Source of the DNA: Candidatus Tenderia sp.
Lineage (GTDB): Bacteria > Pseudomonadota > Gammaproteobacteria > Tenderiales > Tenderiaceae
Assembly: GCA_043755075.1 (NCBI GenBank)
Contig: JAYUTP010000058.1
Span: 1 to 46,984, forward strand
Direction: 5' to 3'
Length of the DNA stretch: 46,984 nt
Below the pieces are notes generated by a model. It made no database searches. It was not told the DNA's origin and saw only the letters and a list, made by a program, of their open reading frames with translations. Of this stretch, positions 43,483 to 46,984 are shown in pieces. Made by a program: the position numbers and the translations under genes. Each line of letters starts with the position of its first letter. Positions within the stretch are counted from its first letter, which is position 1.

Positions 43483-45408
43483 TTATTCCTCCAAAACGGC
43501 GCGACCAAAGCGCGCGGACTCAGTGGCCAACAGGCTCATCAGGGTATCCACATCCATAACCCCCATGTCCTCACCACTGCGCGTGCGAACAGCCACGGTT
43601 CGATTTTCCACCTCACGGTCACCCAAGACCACGAGATATGGCACCTTCAAAAGCGTATGCTCGCGAATTTTAAAGCCTATTTTCTCATTTCTCAAGTCCG
43701 TCTTGGCCCTGAAACCATGATTTGACAAGGTTTTTGCTATTTCTTCGGCAAATTCAGCCTGGCGATCGGTGATGCTCATCACCACCACCTGGGTTGGCGC
43801 CAACCAAAGTGGCATCGCCCCCGCGTAGTTCTCAATCAGTATCCCGATAAAACGCTCCAACGAACCAAGAATGGCGCGATGCAACATCACTGGCACCTGG
43901 CGCGCACTATCCTCATCAATAAAGGTTGCGCCCAGACGGCCTGGCATTGAGAAGTCGACCTGGATGGTACCGCACTGCCATACCCGACCAATACAATCTT
44001 TAAGTGAAAATTCAATCTTGGGGCCATAAAAGGCCCCCTCGCCTGGCTGAAGATCCCAAGCCAGACCTTTGGTATTCAATGCCATTTCGAGCGCGTGCTC
44101 AGCTTTATCCCAGACCTCATCAGAACCAACTCGGCTTTCAGGGCGGGTAGAGAGCTTGATGATTACCTCGGTAAAACCAAAGTCAGCATAGACGTCATAG
44201 AGCAGGTCTATAAAGGCCGACACTTCAGACTGCACCTGACCTTCGGTGCAGAAAATATGAGCGTCGTCCTGCACAAAGTTACGCACACGCATTAGGCCAT
44301 GCAATGTTCCAGAGGGTTCATTACGGTGACAGGAGCCAAACTCAGCCATGCGCAACGGCAGATCACGGTAACTGCGCAGTCCCTGATTGTATATCTGAAC
44401 ATGGCAAGGGCAATTCATCGGCTTAACGGCGTAATCACGATTTTCCGATGAAGTGGTAAACATCATGTGCTGGAATTTTTCCCAGTGGCCGGAACGCTCC
44501 CACAGACTGCGATCAACAACCTGAGGTGTTCGCACCTCTTGATAGTCGTGCTTGCGCAATTTCTTGCGAATGTACTGCTCAACTTCCTGCCAGATTTTCC
44601 AACCATTGTCGTGCCAGAAGACCATACCAGGTGCCTCTTCCTGGGTGTGAAACAGATCAAGCTGTTTACCAATCTTGCGGTGGTCACGCTTCTCAGCTTC
44701 TTCCAGGCGGTGAAGGTAATCCTTCAGATCCTTCTTATTATTCCATGAGGTGCCGTAGACGCGCTGCAACATCTCGTTCTTGGAGTCGCCACGCCAGTAG
44801 GCTCCCGCCAGCTTCATCAACTTAAAGGCCTTGAGCTTACCAGTAGAAGGAACGTGGGGGCCGCGACAGAGATCAATAAACTCACCCTGTTTGTAGAGTG
44901 ATAACTCTTCACCGTGAGGGATATCTTCGATGATTTTGGCTTTATATTCTTCACCGATGCCACGGAAGAACTCGATCGCCTCTTCACGCACCATCACCGA
45001 ACGTTCGACAGTGATGTCTTGTTTGACCAACTCCTCCATGCGCGCCTCAATGGCAGCCATATCTTCAGGAGAGAAACCCGCCTTGTAAGCGAAGTCATAG
45101 TAGAAGCCATTTTCGATGACCGGGCCGATGGTCACCTGGGCCGAAGGGAAGAGTTGTTTGACTGCCTGGGCTAGCAGGTGTGCAGTAGAGTGCCGGACAA
45201 CTTCGAGCCCCTCCTCATCGCGCTCGGTAACGATAGAGAGCGGCACATCATGGTCGATGAGATAAGAAGCATCAACCAGCTTGCCATCCACCTTGCCAGC
45301 AAGTGTCGCTTTGGCCAAACCTGCACCGATATCGGCTGCCACGTCATAGACTGTGACCGCCTGATCAAATGTACGTTTGCTTCCATCTGGCAGAGTAACA
45401 ACCGGCAT
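43483..45408 (-). CDS. thrS: Threonyl-tRNA synthetase
   Basis: Start set at ATG 45408 ([18 protein letters not shown] domain). 641 aa with the editing domain, class II core and an anticodon-binding domain. Confidence 0.96.
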   Translation of the reverse strand: MPVVTLPDGSKRTFDQAVTVYDVAADIGAGLAKATLAGKVDGKLVDASYLIDHDVPLSIVTERDEEGLEVVRHSTAHLLAQAVKQLFPSAQVTIGPVIENGFYYDFAYKAGFSPEDMAAIEARMEELVKQDITVERSVMVREEAIEFFRGIGEEYKAKIIEDIPHGEELSLYKQGEFIDLCRGPHVPSTGKLKAFKLMKLAGAYWRGDSKNEMLQRVYGTSWNNKKDLKDYLHRLEEAEKRDHRKIGKQLDLFHTQEEAPGMVFWHDNGWKIWQEVEQYIRKKLRKHDYQEVRTPQVVDRSLWERSGHWEKFQHMMFTTSSENRDYAVKPMNCPCHVQIYNQGLRSYRDLPLRMAEFGSCHRNEPSGTLHGLMRVRNFVQDDAHIFCTEGQVQSEVSAFIDLLYDVYADFGFTEVIIKLSTRPESRVGSDEVWDKAEHALEMALNTKGLAWDLQPGEGAFYGPKIEFSLKDCIGRVWQCGTIQVDFSMPGRLGATFIDEDSARQVPVMLHRAILGSLERFIGILIENYAGAMPLWLAPTQVVVMSITDRQAEFAEEIAKTLSNHGFRAKTDLRNEKIGFKIREHTLLKVPYLVVLGDREVENRTVAVRTRSGEDMGVMDVDTLMSLLATESARFGRAVLEE

Positions 45409-45446
45409 TGCTCTATGTCCTATTGCAGATAATGAGTGACCATAAC

Positions 45447-45483
45447 CCCAAAACAAAAACACCGCGTATAGACGCGGTGTTTT
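45447..45483 (-). terminator. Rho-independent terminator after tRNA-Val
   Basis: Stem AAACACCGCGT / ACGCGGTGTTT with a 4-nt loop, followed on the minus strand by TTTGTTTT. Confidence 0.75.
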
Positions 45484-45493
45484 ACCAAATTAA

Positions 45494-45570
45494 TGGTAGG
45501 CGCGATTGGACTCGAACCAACGACCCCCACCATGTCAAGGTGGTGCTCTAACCAGCTGAGCTACGCGCCT
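45494..45570 (-). tRNA. tRNA-Val (anticodon GAC)
   Basis: 77 nt. Acceptor AGGCGCG/CGCGCCT, anticodon arm CCACC-UUGACAU-GGUGG, T arm GTTGG-TTCGAGT-CCAAT and an encoded CCA. The core is near-identical to E. coli tRNA-Val(GAC). Confidence 0.93.
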
Positions 45571-45978
45571 ACTTAAAGAAGCCGGTATTATACGGGGATA
45601 AAAAACCGTGTCAATATCACTCACGACGAGCAATCTAGCCATAAATCTGGGCAAGCCTTTTTGCCATGCCAGACCCAAGCGGACCGCTCACCTTGCCACT
45701 TCATAACAGACAGTGATCTAAGGAACCTCTGGTTAATTCACAAATTCATACATAATGCGGATTATTGAATCGGCTATCACGGAGATCACAGTTATCAGCC
45801 CTCGCCTACAGCGCAATCAATAAAACTCTCACCGTGTCCCGCATCAAGCAGGAGATCCGCCCCATCAAAGCGGCGAGCCAACATGGAAAAGACGACCAAA
45901 ACCGGCTATCCTGTTGCCCTTCCCTTATTTACATGATGGCCTCTTCTGCAGAGGCGTGGTATCTCACCCTCAGACTTG

Positions 45979-46842
45979 ATGGCCTATTTAATGATTTTTA
46001 AACGGTTACTGCTGTTATTGGCCGCGTTGGCACTGCCTGGACACTGCTTGGGTGAACTCCATCCACATTACAATCTGGCGTTTACGACGGCTGAACCACA
46101 GGCTGATGGCCTCTATCTGGCCGAGTTAGAGCAATCACCAACGTCAGGAACACTCAGTTCTGCGGCCTCCCCTACAGCTGACCAGCTAGAATTTCCACAT
46201 CTGAGCCTGCCAAGCACGCCAGACCACAAGGGGCTGATGCATGACAGCAAGCTTTTTTTACTCTATCAGGTGGGCGTTATAGGCGTACTCTATTTAATGC
46301 CGCAGAGTGTCTCCCAGTGGGGCGATGACCAGAAAAACGGCAACATTTTCCGCAAGTGGGATGACAACGTCAACAATCTGCGCAAAGACCGTGACGAATG
46401 GGTGATCAACTACATTGGCCACCCCTATTTTGGTTCTGTATATTACGTACGGGCACGCCAGCGTGGTTTTGATCGTCAAGATTCACTCTTGTATGGTGTG
46501 GTGATGTCGACCCTATATGAATACGGCGTCGAGGCGATCTTTGAACCGGTTTCGATTCAGGATCTGATCTTTACCCCAGTAGGCGGCGCGATAATTGGTG
46601 AGTACTTTATGACTGCCCGTGAAAATACCATGCGCGACATTGCCAACAGAGGCTACGCCACTACTGGCGACAATTTGAAGCTGTTTTTTACCGATCCGAT
46701 TGGGGCCATCAACCGCAAGGTCGATAAAGCCTTCGGCTACAAAGAGGCGAGCGTAGATCTTATGCCGCTCTTTAGTCGTTACAATACCGATCAACACTCA
46801 GTCCCTAACTTGATAGGGTTGCAGGCCCACGTTAGCTGGTAA
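45979..46842 (+). CDS. DUF3943-like secreted/membrane protein
   Basis: ~287 aa with a signal-like LLLLLAALALPGHCLG. NYIGHPYFGSVYYVRARQRGF is the motif I associate with DUF3943. The start is ambiguous (TTG 45976, ATG 45979 or ATG 45991). Confidence 0.6.
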   Translation: MAYLMIFKRLLLLLAALALPGHCLGELHPHYNLAFTTAEPQADGLYLAELEQSPTSGTLSSAASPTADQLEFPHLSLPSTPDHKGLMHDSKLFLLYQVGVIGVLYLMPQSVSQWGDDQKNGNIFRKWDDNVNNLRKDRDEWVINYIGHPYFGSVYYVRARQRGFDRQDSLLYGVVMSTLYEYGVEAIFEPVSIQDLIFTPVGGAIIGEYFMTARENTMRDIANRGYATTGDNLKLFFTDPIGAINRKVDKAFGYKEASVDLMPLFSRYNTDQHSVPNLIGLQAHVSW

Positions 46843-46854
46843 CGAGCGCAGCAG

Positions 46855-46984
46855 ATGATAAAACACCCTCTTTTACTGATGATGACAGCTACGGCAATCA
46901 ATACCACTGCCTTAGCTCAAGATAACCTGCCCGCCCCCTTCTCCATCAAAAACCAGAACCCCTTTATCCAGATATTCGGCCTGC
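46855..46984 (+). CDS. Secreted protein, N-terminal part (DUF3187-like?); runs off the window
   Basis: MIKHPLLLMMTATAINTTALAQDNLPAPFSIKNQNPFIQIFGL has a signal peptide followed by a NQNPF..IFGL motif. Confidence 0.45.
   Translation, partial: MIKHPLLLMMTATAINTTALAQDNLPAPFSIKNQNPFIQIFGL

Overview
This looks like a chromosomal segment of a gammaproteobacterium. That call rests on gene order, which matches the E. coli and Pseudomonas arrangements. Most of the window is conserved housekeeping. It holds trpH'(partial)/yciB-yciI-bolA-PPIase, ligA, and an AcrAB/OprM-type RND efflux operon with a trailing TetR gene and an AcrR-like operator. It also holds recQ, cysG-arfB, ftsK-lolA-rarA-crcB-serS, trxB-(pilZ)-aat-bpt, tRNA-Pro(GGG), and tRNA-Val(GAC)-thrS-infC-rpmI-rplT-pheS-pheT-ihfA-merR. 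Scattered accessory genes include a PEP-CTERM protein with a sigma-54-like promoter, a c-type cytochrome lipoprotein, an M48 protease, Slp, two single-domain PilZ proteins, a FliB-like Cys-rich protein, an orphan secreted protein and a DUF3943/DUF3187-like pair. The most unusual locus is a ~2.8-kb cassette (31801-34626) inserted in the normally compact ftsK/trxB divergent spacer. It is bounded by 48/61-nt inverted repeats that belong to a short repeat family also seen at ~6.64 kb. The cassette carries three genes on one strand: a beta-ketoacyl-synthase N-terminal stub, a DUF2235/Tle1-type lipase with all catalytic motifs, and an overlapping lipoprotein that may be its immunity protein. Each of the three carries one or two discrete lesions. 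I read it as a recently inactivated, repeat-bounded toxin/immunity-like cassette with no recombinase or T6SS gene in view. Other points worth a second look are a 99-nt element with 19-bp perfect terminal inverted repeats in the pheS leader, a non-AUG (ATC) infC start, a cluster of five CCATTG(A/C)CT 9-mers among gene remnants at 23.4 kb, and an LRR pseudogene. No CRISPR array, rRNA, transposase or integrase was seen. All family assignments come from motif recognition by eye, not from database searches.
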